DNA from: Chiloscyllium plagiosum
Taxonomy: Eukaryota
Length of the DNA stretch: 62,955 bases
Direction of reading: 5' to 3'
Assembly: GCF_004010195.1 (NCBI RefSeq)
Contig: NC_057711.1
Coordinates: 74,220,870-74,283,824, forward strand
Numbering within the stretch: the stretch's first letter is position 1; the number at the start of each line of letters is the position of its first letter. Below the pieces are notes generated by a model. That model did not search any database, was not told the origin of the DNA, and saw only the letters and a list, made by a program, of their open reading frames with translations. A program made the position numbers and the translations under genes. Shown here one piece after another: positions 1 through 11,531 of the stretch.

Positions 1-355
1 GAATAGAGTCAAATTCCAATGGTTTTGCTTCCTTGATGTACTACTGTACAGCACAGAATTGTGTTTGTGACTATGTATACACATAAAGATATTTTCTATG
101 AAAAAAGTATATTTTTGGAAAGGGGAAGAAAAGTAGGTCGAGCTCAGTGAGTGCAGCAGCTAAGCCCCATCAGGAATCTGACCAGAATTCGAAAAGGCTG
201 ACAAATGTGACAGCTTGGTAGGTTGTGGGTGAATTGTTTTTTGACTCCGCTACATCACTGAAAGGTAAGAGCTCTGACTTTTGTCTACCTTAAAGAAAAC
301 TAATTAATTTTCTGCTTTGCTTAAATTTAGTGTAATTTTTTTTTACATTTAAGGT

Positions 356-885
356 ATGGCAGGTGAGCTCAGTCCTGCATGTTGCATGGCCTGCAGTACG
401 TGGGAAATCTTACAATCTCCCAGCAGTCTGGATGATCACATCTGCAGAAACTGTAACAGGTTGGATCGGCTTGAGCAGCAGGTTTTGGAACTTGTGCATC
501 CTCAAGGCTGAGAGTTTCAGGAACAATGTATCTTTCAACATTTTCACCCCATTGCATGAGGAATAGCAATCAGGGAAGCAATGTGTGACCATCAGTCACA
601 AGAAGGGAAGCAGGCAGTCAGGAAAGCACCAGACTCAAATATGGGTTTCCTGCATTTGGAAACAGTGAGAGTGTTGGTTCCTGTAGGAGTGCAGTCAGAG
701 CTCAGCTGCACAAGGTGGGAGTGAACAGAGAGGAAGAACTATGGTGCTGGACACTCAATTGTGATAGATACAGAGAGACATTTCTACAGCTGCAGACATG
801 ATTCTAGGGTATGTGTGTTGCCTCCCTGGGCCCAGGGTCAAGAATGTCACTGAACGGCTACAGAGCAACCTGAAGGGGGAGAGCA
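356..885 (+). pseudogene. CR1 LINE ORF1 remnant (zinc-finger/coiled-coil N-terminus plus start of SGNH esterase domain)
   Basis: ATG at 356 reads MAGELSPACCMACSTWEILQSPSSLDDHICRNCNRLDRLEQQVLEL (CxxC...CxxC followed by a Leu heptad). About 735-885 gives frameshifted RRTMVL.(D)SIV.DTERHF...VCCLPGPRVKNVTERLQSNLKGE, typical of the CR1 ORF1 esterase. Stops and frameshifts are present. Confidence 0.85.
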
Positions 886-887
886 AG

Positions 888-1103
888 TGTGGCGGCACGG
901 TGGTACAGTGGTTAGCACTGCTGCCTCATAGCGCTAGAGACCCGCCTCAGGCGCCTGACTGTGTGGAGTTTGCACGTTCTCCCCGTGTCTGCATGGGTTT
1001 CCTCCGGGTGCTCCGGTTTCCTCCCACAGTTGGATCGGCGCAACATCGAGGGCCAAAGGGCCTGTACTGCGCTGTATTCTTCTATGTTCTAATCTAATCT
1101 AAA
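888..1103 (+). mobile_element. HE1-like (V-domain) tRNA-derived SINE, internally deleted
   Basis: GGCGGCACGGTGGTACAGTGGTTAGCACTGCTGCC head with the B box deleted, V-type core GTGTGGAGTTTGCACGTTCTCCCCGTG, CR1-like 3' end and (TCTAA)n tail. Confidence 0.9.
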
Positions 1104-1105
1104 AA

Positions 1106-2075
1106 TGTATGCGTGTGTGTGTGTCTAGTGCAGTGGGGTCACCTGTAGTGTGACATGAACCCAAGGCCCAGGTTGATGCCATCTCCATGGGTACCGAACT
1201 TGGCTATCAACCTCTGCTCGACCACTTTACGTTGTTGCCTGCCCCAAAGTCTGCCTTGGAAGACGGTCACCCACAGGTTGGAAGTCAAATTTCCTGGACT
1301 GCTGAAGTGTTCTCCAATTGGGAGGGAACTCTCCTGTCTGTTGATTGTTGTACGGTGTCCATTCATCCATTGCCATAGCCTCTGCTCAGTCTCACCAATG
1401 AACCATGCATCAGGGCATCCTTGCCTGTAGCATATGAGATAGACAATGTTGGCCCAGTCACATGAATATCTGCTACATACAAGGTGGGTGGTGTCCCCAT
1501 GAGTAATGGTGGTGATCGTGTTGACATTGACACGTCTTGCAACGTCTGCCGTGGCAAGGTTGTAAGGTGTTGCCCTGAAGGCTGTGCAATTTGCTCCGAG
1601 GTTTGAAGTTTGGTGGCTGTTCAAAGACGAGAAGTGTAGGTGTGGGGAAGGTCTTGGTGAAGTGCTCATCCTCATTGATATTGTGTTACAGGCTGCGAAG
1701 AACACGGCATAGTCTTTCAGCTCCTGGGAAGTCCTGGACAACGAAGGGTATCCTGTTGATTGAAGCTCGTGTATGTCTCCTGAGGAGGTCTTTATGGTTT
1801 CTCACTGTGGCACATCAGAACTGGCGGAAAATGAGTAGAGCATTGCACCCTGTTCTAATGAGGGCATCTTTGAGTACTTACAAGTGCCCGTCAAGTTCCT
1901 CCTGTTCTGAACAGATCCTGTGTATGTGTAGGGCTTGTTCAGAGGGGATGGTTGTTTTAACATGTTTCAGGTAAAAGTTGGAGAAGTGTAGCACCATGAG
2001 GTTATCTGTGGGTTTGCAGTAGAATGAGGTGTCAAGGTGCCCATTCTTGATGGAGTTGCATGTGTCCAAGATAGA
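1106..2075 (-). mobile_element. Penelope-like element fragment (RT C-terminus plus GIY-YIG endonuclease)
   Basis: ORF 1139-1741 contains NIVYLIC...WFIGETEQRL..MNGHR...IGEHFS...VEQRLIAKFGTH..GIN (GIY-YIG). ORF 1878-2144 contains ILDT..SIKNGHLDTSFYCKPTD...LHFS (PLE RT thumb). Confidence 0.9.
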
Positions 2076-3530
2076 GAATAGTAGACAAGATACCAGGCAC
2101 TGCTGGACGTAGCTGAGGAATGAAGCTGAGCAAATGGAGGGCATTTCAGTGATAGCTCAGTAATAGTTAAGGTTGTCATGTAAAGGAACAAAGATGCACC
2201 AGAAATAAAGGTTTTTAAATGGGGGAGGATGATTTTAGTATGACTGTATCTGGCCGAAGTCAATTGGGAGCAGTTCCTTTCCGCAAATTTAAATAAGAGC
2301 AGTGAGAGAATTTCAAAAGGAAGGAGTAGAAAATGCAGAGCCAACATGTTCTCATAAAAGTGAAGGTTGGAACCAGACATTCCAGAGAATGCTAAATATC
2401 AAAGAATGTACAGGATTGAATAACGAAAGAAAAGGGATGCTTATGATGAATTCAACTGGTTTAGAACATCAGGAGGCCTACTGATACATAGAGAGTAGAG
2501 GGGATTACTTAAAAAGAAGGAAATTAGGTATGTGGAGTGGACCCATCCAAAAAGGTGTATGAGGTAAAGCAATTCAAAGGTGTTTTATAAGTAAATTAGA
2601 GTCAAGAAGATAACTGTGGAAAGACTAGGGCCCATTAGGGATCTAAGTGGCAGACTGTGGGTGGAGTAAGAAGAGAGAGATGAGGTTTTAAATGAGTATC
2701 TTGCCATTCTTTTAATGATAGGGAAGAACAATGCAGGTATAGAAATGAGAGAAGAGGACTGTGAAAAATTTGTACAAATTATAACTGAGAGGGAGGAGGT
2801 ATTAATGGTTTCAGTAGGCATCAAATTGGATAAATACCCAGGCCCAGATGAGATGTAACCCAAGCTGCTGTGGGAGGCTAGCTAGGAGATTGAAGGGATC
2901 CTGACATTTTCAAATCCTCTCTGGACACAGGTGACCTGCCAGAGGACTGGAGGACAGCTAATGTCGTACCATTATTCAAAAAGGCTAGTAGGGACAAACC
3001 AGGGAACTGTACAACAGTGAATCTAACATTTGTTCTAGTAAAACTATTTGTAAAATTTCTGAGGGACAGAATTGATCTCCACTTGGAGAGGCAAGGATTA
3101 AACAAGGATATTCAGTCAGAGTGAGATATAGCTGATAGGTTTGATTGTGATTTTTGAGAAGGTGACTTGATGGATGAATGAGGGTAGTGCACTGGGTGAA
3201 GTCTATATAGATTTCAATAAGCCTTTTAATGAGACCTCACATGGGAGACTGGTCCAGAAGATAAGAGCCCATGGGATCCAAGGCAATTTGACAAATTGAA
3301 TCAAAAATTGGCTTAGTGGCAGGAATCAGAGGATGATGGTCAAGGTTTGTTTTTGTGACTGAAAGCCTGTGTTCATTGCTGTACCAGGGGGTTAGTGATG
3401 AGTCCCTTGCTGTTTGTAATCTGTGTTAATATTCTAGACAAATACGGAAAGTTTGATCAATAGGTTTTCAGCTGACAAATAAATTGGTGGTGTAATAAGT
3501 AATGATAAGGAGAGCTTTGAACTACAGGAT

Positions 3531-4841
3531 TTCTGAATACTTGGAAGTGTACAGTAAAATAGGGCAAAGTCAGCATGGTTTCAACAAGGGGAGATTATGC
3601 CTGATAAATCTGCTAGTCCTTTGAGGAAGTAATGAGTAAGTTAGACCAAAAAGAGCCAATGGATGTTATCTACCTGGACTTCAATAAGGTGCTGCACAGG
3701 AGGCTACTAATAAAATAAGGGCCCAGGATATCAGAGGCAAGGTGCTAGCATGGATAGAAGCTTGGCTGTCTGGCAGAAAGCAGAGAGTGGGGATAAAAGG
3801 GTCCTTCTCAGGATGGCAGCTGGTGACATGTGGTATTCCGCAAGGCTCAGTGTTGGGACCATAACTTTTCACTTCATCAGTTAACAATCTAGATGAAGGA
3901 ACTAAGGACATTCTGGCAAAGTTCACAGATGAAATAAAGATAAGTAGAGGGTCAGATGGCATTGAGGAGGTGAGGAGGCTTCAGAAGGATTTGGACAGGT
4001 TAGGAGAGTGGACAAAGAAGTGGCAGATGGAGTACATCATGGGAAAGCGTGAGGTCATGCACTTTTGTAGGAAGAATAGAGGCATAGACTATTTTCTAAA
4101 TGGGGAGAAAATTCAGAAGTCCGAAGTGCAAAGAGACTTGGGAGTTCTAGTTTAGGATTCTTTCAAGATAAGCTTGCATGTTGAGTCAGTAGTTAGGAAC
4201 GCAAATACAATGATGGAATTATTTTGAGAGGACTTGAATATAAAAGCAGGGATATACTTCTGAGGCTCTATAAGGCTCTAGTCAGTCCACATTTGGAGTA
4301 TTGTATGCAGCTTTGGGCCCCACAACTCTGGAAGGATGTACTGGCCCTGGAGCGTGTTCAGAGGAGCTTCATGAGAATGGTCCCAAGAATGAAAAGTTTA
4401 ACAAATGAGGAATGCCTAAGTACTCTGGATTTATACTCAATGGAATTTAGAAGGATTGGGGTGGGGTGTTCTAATTGAAACATACAGAATACTGAATGGC
4501 CTGGACAGAGTAGATGTTGGGAAGATGTTTCCATTGGTAGGAGAGACTAGGACCTGAAGGCATAGCCTTAAAGTAAAGGGAAGACGTTTTAGAATGGAGA
4601 TAAGGGAAAACTTCTTCAGCCAGAGTGTGATGCATCTATGGAATTCATTGCTATGAAGGCTGTGGAGGCCAGGTCATTGAGTACATTTAAGATTGAGATA
4701 GATAGGTTCATGAGCATCAATAGGCTTAAGGGTTACGGGGAGAAAGCGGGAGAATGGGTTGAGAAACTGATCAGCCATGATTGAATAGCAGACCAGACTC
4801 GATGGGCTGAATGGCCTAATTTCTGTTCCTATGACTTATGG
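3531..4841 (+). mobile_element. 5'-truncated CR1 LINE nested in the host CR1
   Basis: SQHGF, GIPQGSVLGP, KFTDE, LQKDLDRLGEWTKKWQMEY, YKALVSPHLEYC. The 3' UTR ends ...ATTTCTGTTCCTATGACTTATG. Confidence 0.9.
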
Positions 4842-5009
4842 ATGGTATACACAGTCTAGTAAATGGGCAGAAGAATGGCAAATGGAATTTTATCCTGAGA
4901 AGTGTGAGATTTTAGGGGGACAAACAAGCCAAGGTAGTAAACTCTGTAGGGTAGGACTCATGAAAGCACCAAGGATCAGAGGGATCTTGGTGTACATGCC
5001 TACAGATAG

Positions 5010-6645
5010 GAAGAAAAGAGCATAGAAATAGGAGTAGGCTATTCAGCCTCTTGAGTCTGCTCCACAACTGAGATCATGGTTGATTTGTGATCTAATTCTA
5101 TATGCCTATCTTTAGTTCATACCCCATAATACCTTTGCTTAACAAATATTTATCTATCTCAGATTTAAAATTAACAATTAATATATCATCAACTGCCATT
5201 TGTGGAAGAGAGTTCCAAACATCTACCACTCTTTGTCTGTAGAAGTGCTTCCTAACAACTCTCCTGAACAGTCGGCTCTAATTCTCAGACTATACCCCTA
5301 GTTCTAAGCTCCCCAACCAATGGAGATAGTTTATCCTTGTTTACCCTGTCTTTTCCTGTTAATATCTTGAAGACTTCTATCCAGTCATCCCATAAACATC
5401 TAAATTCTAGAGAAAACAGGTATAATTAGTATAATCTCTCCTTATAACATGACCTCTGAATTCTAGGTATCATTCGTGTAAACCTGCATTGTCCTCCCTC
5501 GAAGGCCAATATATTCTTCTTAAGGTGTGGTGCACAGATCTGCTCACTGTACTTCAAGTGGTGTCTAACCAGGGTTTTGGATAACTGCAGCATACCTTCT
5601 GAATCCTTGTACTCCAGTCTTCTAGATATTCAAGCCAGTATTCCGTTAGCTTTCTTGGTTAGTTTCTGCACTTGTTTGAGATATTTTAAAAAGCTATGCA
5701 TCTGAATCCTCAAGGCTGTTTGGACATCTACTGTATTTAACTTAATACCATCTAGAAAGTACCTTGATCAATCCTTGCTCAGTACAAAATTGATAACTTG
5801 CTTACATGGAACTCCATCTGCCAGTTTTGCCAATTCATTTGCTCTGTCAGTATCTCTTTATAGTTATATGCTATCATCTATATTGTCTATAATGCTGTCT
5901 AACTTTGTATCATCAGCAAATGTAGATACAATCAGTTCTACTATAATGTGTCTTTTGTTAACACATGATATTTAATATATAACGTTTAGAAAATTAAATG
6001 CTGTATCATTTTATTGGCTGTAATCTGACTGGGTGAATAGGGAAGGCTATTTCTAAAATACGAACTATTAAAGTGTGTGTTAACTAAAACGCAATTATAT
6101 CACCAACATTTTATGTGTTATTTGTTTTGCACAATTTTTGTATAGCGCAATTGTATTATAGAAGAAATACCTGTATTTGATTTTCTATGAAATTATCCAG
6201 TTCAGTAATAAATAATGTAAGTAATTGAAGACCTAACACAGATCCTTGTGAGACACCACTGATCACATCCTGCCAATTTGAGTTTCTACCCATTGTCCTT
6301 CCTTTCTGTTGCCTGCCACTCAACCAATTTACCATTCATGGCAGTAATTTGTCCTCAGTTCCATGGATTTCGAGCTTAGTGAACAAGTGGTTATGTGAGA
6401 CTCCACCAAATGCCTCTGGAAGACCACATAAACAACATCCATAAACATTCCAAATCTACTCTTCAAAACTTCAATGAAGATTGTCAGGCATAACTTACCT
6501 GTCATGGATCCAAGTTGGGTTTACAGGATTAACTAAGCATTTTGAAGGAGTTTAGTTACTCCATCCTTGATTATAGACCCCTCAACAATTTCTTCACCAC
6601 AGATGATGGACTAAGTGGTCTGTCATTCCCTGTTTTTTCTCTTTC
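5010..6645 (-). mobile_element. CR1 LINE fragment (RT to 3' UTR), nested and split by a MITE
   Basis: The minus strand reads GVSQGSVLG...ENQISTFADDTKL across the MITE. CR1 3' UTR at ~5010-5150. Confidence 0.85.
5929..6173. mobile_element. Tc1/mariner-pogo (Tigger-like) MITE
   Basis: TA duplication at 5927-28 and 6174-75. Imperfect TIRs CAATCAGTTCTACTATAAT vs reverse complement CAGGTATTTCTTCTATAAT. Removing the element plus one TA restores the CR1 frame ENQISTFADD. Confidence 0.8.
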
Positions 6646-7250
6646 ATTGAATGCAACAGATCATGTGACAAGGTGGTTTAAAAGGCAGATGAGGTACTTG
6701 CCTTTATTAGTCGAGGTATTGAATACAAATGCAAGGAGGTTATATTGGAGCCATATATGATGCTAGTTAGACCACAGCTAGAGTATTGTGTGCAGTTCTA
6801 GTCATCACATTATCGGAAGGATGTGATTGCACTAGAGAAGATGCAGAGGAGAATCACCAGGATGTAACCTGGGATGGAGTGATTAAGCATGAAGAGAGAC
6901 TGCACAGTTTCACTTAGAGAAGTGAAAGCTGAGAGGGAACCTGGTTGATGTTTAAAAATTTATGATTGGTTGGATAAGATGGATAGAAATAAATGTTTTC
7001 CTTTAGCAGAAGGATTTTTGGAAATCAAAAATGTAGTCAAGGAGAGTCAACATGGCTTCATGAAATCATGTCTGACTAATTTATTAGACTTTTTGGGGAA
7101 GTCACAACCAGAGTGGATAGAGGAAACCCAGTTGATGTATTGTATTTGGACTGCCAGAAGGCTTTCAACAAGGTGCCTCACAAAGGAATAAGTGTTGGAT
7201 ATTGAATAGAGAATCAGCAAGAAACAGCAAGAGGGGATAAGAGTTTTTCA

Positions 7251-7591
7251 GATTCATTGAATCCCTATAGTGCAGATAGAAGCCATTCAGCCCATCAAGT
7301 CTCACTGACCCTCCAAGAGCATCCCACCCAAGCCCCCTCACCCTATTCCCTGTAACTCTGCATTAACCACAAATGATCCATCTAGCCTGCACACCATAGA
7401 CAACTTCCAGCATGACCAATCTACCTAACCTGCACACCTTTACACCGTGAGAGGAAACCGGAGCACCCAGAGGAAACCCATGCAGACATGAGGAATTGCA
7501 AACTCCACACTGTCAGTCACCCAAGATTGGAATCAAATCAAGTCCCTGATGCTGTGAGGCAGCAGTGCTCACCAAAAAGCCACACTGCCAC
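7251..7591 (-). mobile_element. HE1-like SINE (older copy)
   Basis: Reverse complement of V-core (GGAAACCGGAGCACCCAGAGGAAACCCATGCAGAC) and of the tRNA head at ~7525-7591. Confidence 0.85.
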
Positions 7592-8012
7592 TTGGCAAAC
7601 CAGTAATCAATGGGGTTCCACAGGGGTCAGTATTGGGATCACAACTGTTGACAATATACATTAAAGACTGGGAGGAAAGAATCAAATATACTGCAGCCAA
7701 ATTTACAGACAACACAAAAATAGGTTAAAGACAAGTTGCAAGAAGGATATAAACAGTTTACAGAGAGATATTGATAGATTAATAAGTGGGCAAAAAGTTG
7801 GTAAATAAATTGTATTTAGGAAGTTCATTTTGGAAAGGAGAACAAAAGAAATGGAGAGAAACTGCAGAAAACTGCATTACAAATGGACTTGGGGGTACTT
7901 GTGCATGCAGCACAGAAAGCTAATATACAATTACAGCAGGTAATCTGGAAGGTAAATGGAATGTTGGCCCTTATTTTGAGGTCATTGGAGTACAAGAGTA
8001 AGGAAAAGGTAC

Positions 8013-8339
8013 ATTTGATTTGATTCCCTACAGTGTGGAAACAGCCCTTTGGCCCAACAAGTTTACACCGACCCTCCGAAGAGCGACTCACCCAGACCCA
8101 TTCCCCTATGTTTATCCCTGACTAATGCACCTCACACTACGGGCAATTTAGCATGGCCAATTCACCTAGCCTGCACATCTTTGGACTGTGGGAGGAAACT
8201 GGAGCACCCGGAGTAAACCCACACAGACACTGGGAGAATGTGCAAACTCCACACAGATAGTCACCTGAGGCAGGAATTGAACCCAGGTCCCTGGCGCTGT
8301 AAGGCAACAATGCTAACTACTGAGCCATTGTGCCACCCC
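8013..8339 (-). mobile_element. HE1-like SINE
   Basis: Minus-strand A box TGGCTCAGTAG, B box GGTTCAATTCC, V-core and (AATCA)n tail. Confidence 0.9.
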
Positions 8340-8550
8340 TGATCATACTGCAACTGTACAAAGGGCTGGCAAAACCATATCTGGAGTATTGTGAGCAGTT
8401 TCTATCCCCTTATTTAAGGAAATATATCATTTCATTGGAGGAAATTCAAAGAAGGTTCATTGGGATGATCCCTGATATGGGCAGATTGTCTTGTGAGCAA
8501 AGGCTAAAGAGGTTTTGACTGTACACATTGGTGTTTAGATGAATGAGAGG

Positions 8551-9690
8551 TGGTAATTTTGGGATGGAGACATGTGACCAGTGGTGTTCCTCAGTACTCG
8601 GTGCTGGGTCCACATTTGTTTGCAATTTGCATAAACAATTTGGATGAGAATTTAGGAGGCATAGTTAGTAAGTTTCAAAACGTGTGGCGCTGGAAAAGCA
8701 CAGCAGATCAGCAGCATCCGAGGAGCAGGGGAGTTGATGTTTCAGGCATAAGCCCTAAATCTGGAATGTTGGGGGGTGCCCAAGGGGGCTGAGAGATAAA
8801 TAGGAGAGGGTGGACTGGGGGGAAGGTAGCTGGGAATGCGATAGGCAGATGAAGGTGGGAGATGATGGTGATAGGTTGGAACGGAGGGTGGAGCGGATTG
8901 GTGGGAAGGAAGATGGACAGGTAGGACAGGGCAAAAGGGCAGTGCCAAGTTGGAATGTTGGATCTGGGATTAGGTGGGGGGAGGGGAGATGAGGAAACTG
9001 GTGAAATCGATATTGATGCCATGTGATTAGGAGGCCCAGGACTTGCATGTCCTTGGCAGAGTGAGGGGGGCAGTTGATGTGTGATTAAGAAGGCACTTAG
9101 CACACTTGCCTTCACTGCTCAGACCATTGAGTATAAGAGTTGGGATGTCATGTTGAGGTTGTACATGACATTAGTGAGGCCACCTTTGGAGTACTGTGTA
9201 CACCTCTGGTCACCCAGCTGTAGGAAGGATATCATTAAATTGGAGAGGGTTCAGAAAAGATTTACGAGGATGTTCCTGAGACTAGAGGGTTTGAGTTATA
9301 AGGAGAGGCTGGATAGGTTGGGGCTGTTTTTCATTCCAGCTTAAGAGATTGAGGGGTGACCTTGTAGAGGTTTATAGAATCATGAGGGGCATAGATAAGG
9401 TGAGTAGCAAAGGTCTTTTCTATAGGGTGGGTGAGTTCAAAACTAGGGGATATAGTTTTAAGGTGAGAGGAGAAGGATTTAAAAGAGATCTGAGGCCAAC
9501 CTTCTCACACAGAGGGTGTTTCATGTGTGGAAGTGGCAGATGTAGATACAATTACAACATTTAAAAGATATTTGGATAGAAAAGATTTAGAGGAATATGG
9601 GCTGAACACAGGCAAGTTGGACTAGTTTAGTTTGGGAATCCTAGTTGGCATGGACGCATTGGACTGTGCATACTGACTGTATGACTCTAT
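8551..9690 (+). mobile_element. CR1 LINE 3' fragment (HER1-like), split by a PLE piece
   Basis: VTSGVPQYSVLGPHLF..INNLDENLGGIVSKF; ORF 9081-9344 YMTLVRPPLEYCVHLWSP; tail ...TGTATGACTCTAT. Confidence 0.85.
8676..9075 (-). mobile_element. PLE 3' end and pseudo-LTR fragment (family A) with degenerate hammerhead
   Basis: Shares GTGTGGyGCTGGAAAAGCACAGC...GGCATAAGCCCT with 41077, 50190 and 51796. The minus strand retains the GINIDFTSF endonuclease terminus. Confidence 0.8.
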
Positions 9691-9887
9691 CTCATTGAAA
9701 CATATAGGATTCTGGACGGATTTGACAGGATAAATGCTGAGAGGGTGTTTCCACTCATGAGAGGTTCTACAGCCAGAATAAAGGAGTGTCAATATAAGAC
9801 TAAGATGGGGAGCAAGTTCTTCTCTGAGAGGTTGTGAGTGTTTCAAACTCCTTGCCAGATACAGCTGTTGGGACAGAGCTCTGGTGT

Positions 9888-10025
9888 GGAGTTACGATGT
9901 GGAGGAGTTGGCGTTGGACTGGGGTGGACAAAGTTAAAAAATCACACAACACCAGATTATAATCCAACAGGTTTATTTGGAAGTACAAGCTTTCGGAGCG
10001 CTGCTCCTTCTTCGGGTAGCTAGTG
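9888..10025 (-). mobile_element. Solo PLE pseudo-LTR (family B)
   Basis: Homologous to the arms at 34541-34917 and 56247-56450 and includes the terminal tail. Confidence 0.8.
9984..10019 (-). ncRNA. Minimal type I hammerhead ribozyme motif (one core change, U4C)
   Basis: Minus strand: TAC-CCGAAGA-A-GGAGC AGC GCTCC-GAAA-GC-TT-GTA. Stems I and II pair, and stem III is the palindrome AGCT. Confidence 0.6.
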
Positions 10026-10509
10026 CAAAATCTGATCATAGCGCTGTGTTCCTCCTCCTAGCATACAAGCAGAAGCTGAAATGGGAGGACTCAAATGTCA
10101 CACAATGTCCCGATAAGTAGCTCCACTATGGCTCTCTGTACAAACATTTACTTCTATTTCTATGTAACGGAGCCCATCTTTATCTAGTTACCTTGAATTC
10201 AGTCCCTCAGTGAAGGCATTTAGTTACTCTAATTTGTGATTTCACTTAAAACAGCAGGCTGTGCAAGTTGCCATTGCAGCTAAAAAATCTTTCCCAGTCA
10301 ATTAATGTCAGTTGAGAACTACTTTCAGTCATTTTCTGGTGTTTTAGCCATGGGCAGCCCAAACAGCTTCTATCTAGAAAGACTAGAGGAGCAGATATAC
10401 ATGCAGGCTTCTGATTGCATCTTGACCTGGAAATATGTCACTTTTTCTTTACAGTTGCTGAACTCTAAGCTTAACTTCATTGTGGATGCACATATACAAA
10501 ATAGACTAT

Positions 10510-10622
10510 AGCAGTTCAAAAAGGCAACTCACTATCACTTTCCCAAGGGCATTTAGGGATGGGTAACAATAACTGTTGGCCCAACCAATGAAGCCCACAT
10601 CCTTGACTGAATTTTAAAAAAA
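10510..10622 (+). mobile_element. 3' tail of an ancient LINE/SINE family
   Basis: GCAGTTCAA...AAGGGCATTTAGGGATGGG...GCCCACATCC plus an A-run. The same tail recurs at 12272(-), 42330(-), 47935(-), 53140(+) and 62095(-). Confidence 0.65.
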
Positions 10623-10859
10623 AACGTTACGACTAGGTTTAAAATTGTATTCACCTGGGATCATAAATCAAAGCAAGTGACAATATTTTTTAGTTGGGAA
10701 GAGCCAACCATTGATGACCATTCCCAAGCAGTACTGAACATTTTTGACCATTTCCAAAGGGTAATATCCAGCTGGTCAAGACCAGTGCTGACTGTTCACA
10801 ACAAATAAAAGCTGACTGGTCACAACAAGAGACAAATATTTCCAACTACTCACAATCAA

Positions 10860-11091
10860 CATTGACCATTCTCACTTGGTCATAGCTAACCATTTCCACC
10901 CGGTGATAGCTAACCATTCTCACCTGGTGATAGCATTGACCTTTTCCACCTGGTTATAGCATTGACCATTCCCACCTGGTGAAAGCTAACCATTCCCACC
11001 TGGTGAAAGCATTGACAATTCCCAGCTGGTGATAGCTGACCATTCCCACCTGGTGATAGCTAACCATTCCCACCTGGTGATAGCTAACCAT
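10860..11091. repeat. Minisatellite, ~9.5 copies of a 24/26-bp unit AGC(TA|ATTG)ACCATTCCCACCTGGTGAT
   Basis: Units start at 10860, 10884, 10908, 10932, 10958, 10984, 11008, 11034, 11058 and 11082, with no spacers. Confidence 0.95.
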
Positions 11092-11531
11092 ACACAATCA
11101 ACGGCAACCATTTCCAACTGGAAAAAGTCATAATTGCTCAGCAAACTCATGTCAACCAGTCCCAAATATTTCAACTGTTCCTTGCTCATTTTTGTTTCTG
11201 GCCGCTCTGGATTTATCCTTATTATATATGATGGAAGCGCTCTTCCTTCTCATTATTCTGGAGTCTTAGAAAGACACAAAGCTTCTAAAAATGATGCTGT
11301 AATACTGAGTTTAACCTACTGTAATTCTGTCCCGGATGTTGAAAATATAACCTAAGGGCGTCTCATCACAACGCAATTCTTAGAACCTAAATGTTTTGTG
11401 CACATTACCAAGTTTATGTCTGAATAAATGTTATATAGCACAGCATAAAGCTTAACTTTCAAGGTGAAACCCTAGCTCTGGCAGTATTGCAAATAAGCAC
11501 AACAGTCAAAACATCTACGAAAGAGCAGTTT

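Larger units (their letters stand above)
2085..7012 (+). mobile_element. Host CR1 LINE ORF2 (EN end to RT C-terminus) in three pieces: ~2085-3530, ~4842-5010, ~6646-7012
   Basis: Degenerate CR1 ORF2 motifs (KYPGPDEM.P, PEDWRTANVVPLFKK, KWAEEWQMEF.PEKCE, LVRPQLEYCVQF). The reading resumes collinearly across two nested insertions. Confidence 0.85.
7013..9880 (+). mobile_element. CR1 LINE RT to 3' region, interrupted by two SINEs and another CR1
   Basis: ESQHGFMKSCLTNLLDF, GVPQGSVLG, LYKGLAKPYLEYCEQF. It resumes at ~9691 after the nested 8551-9690 element. Confidence 0.8.

Noticed and set aside
10860..11091. CRISPR-like array
   Set aside because: Units are contiguous with no unique spacers, there are no cas genes, and the context is eukaryotic.
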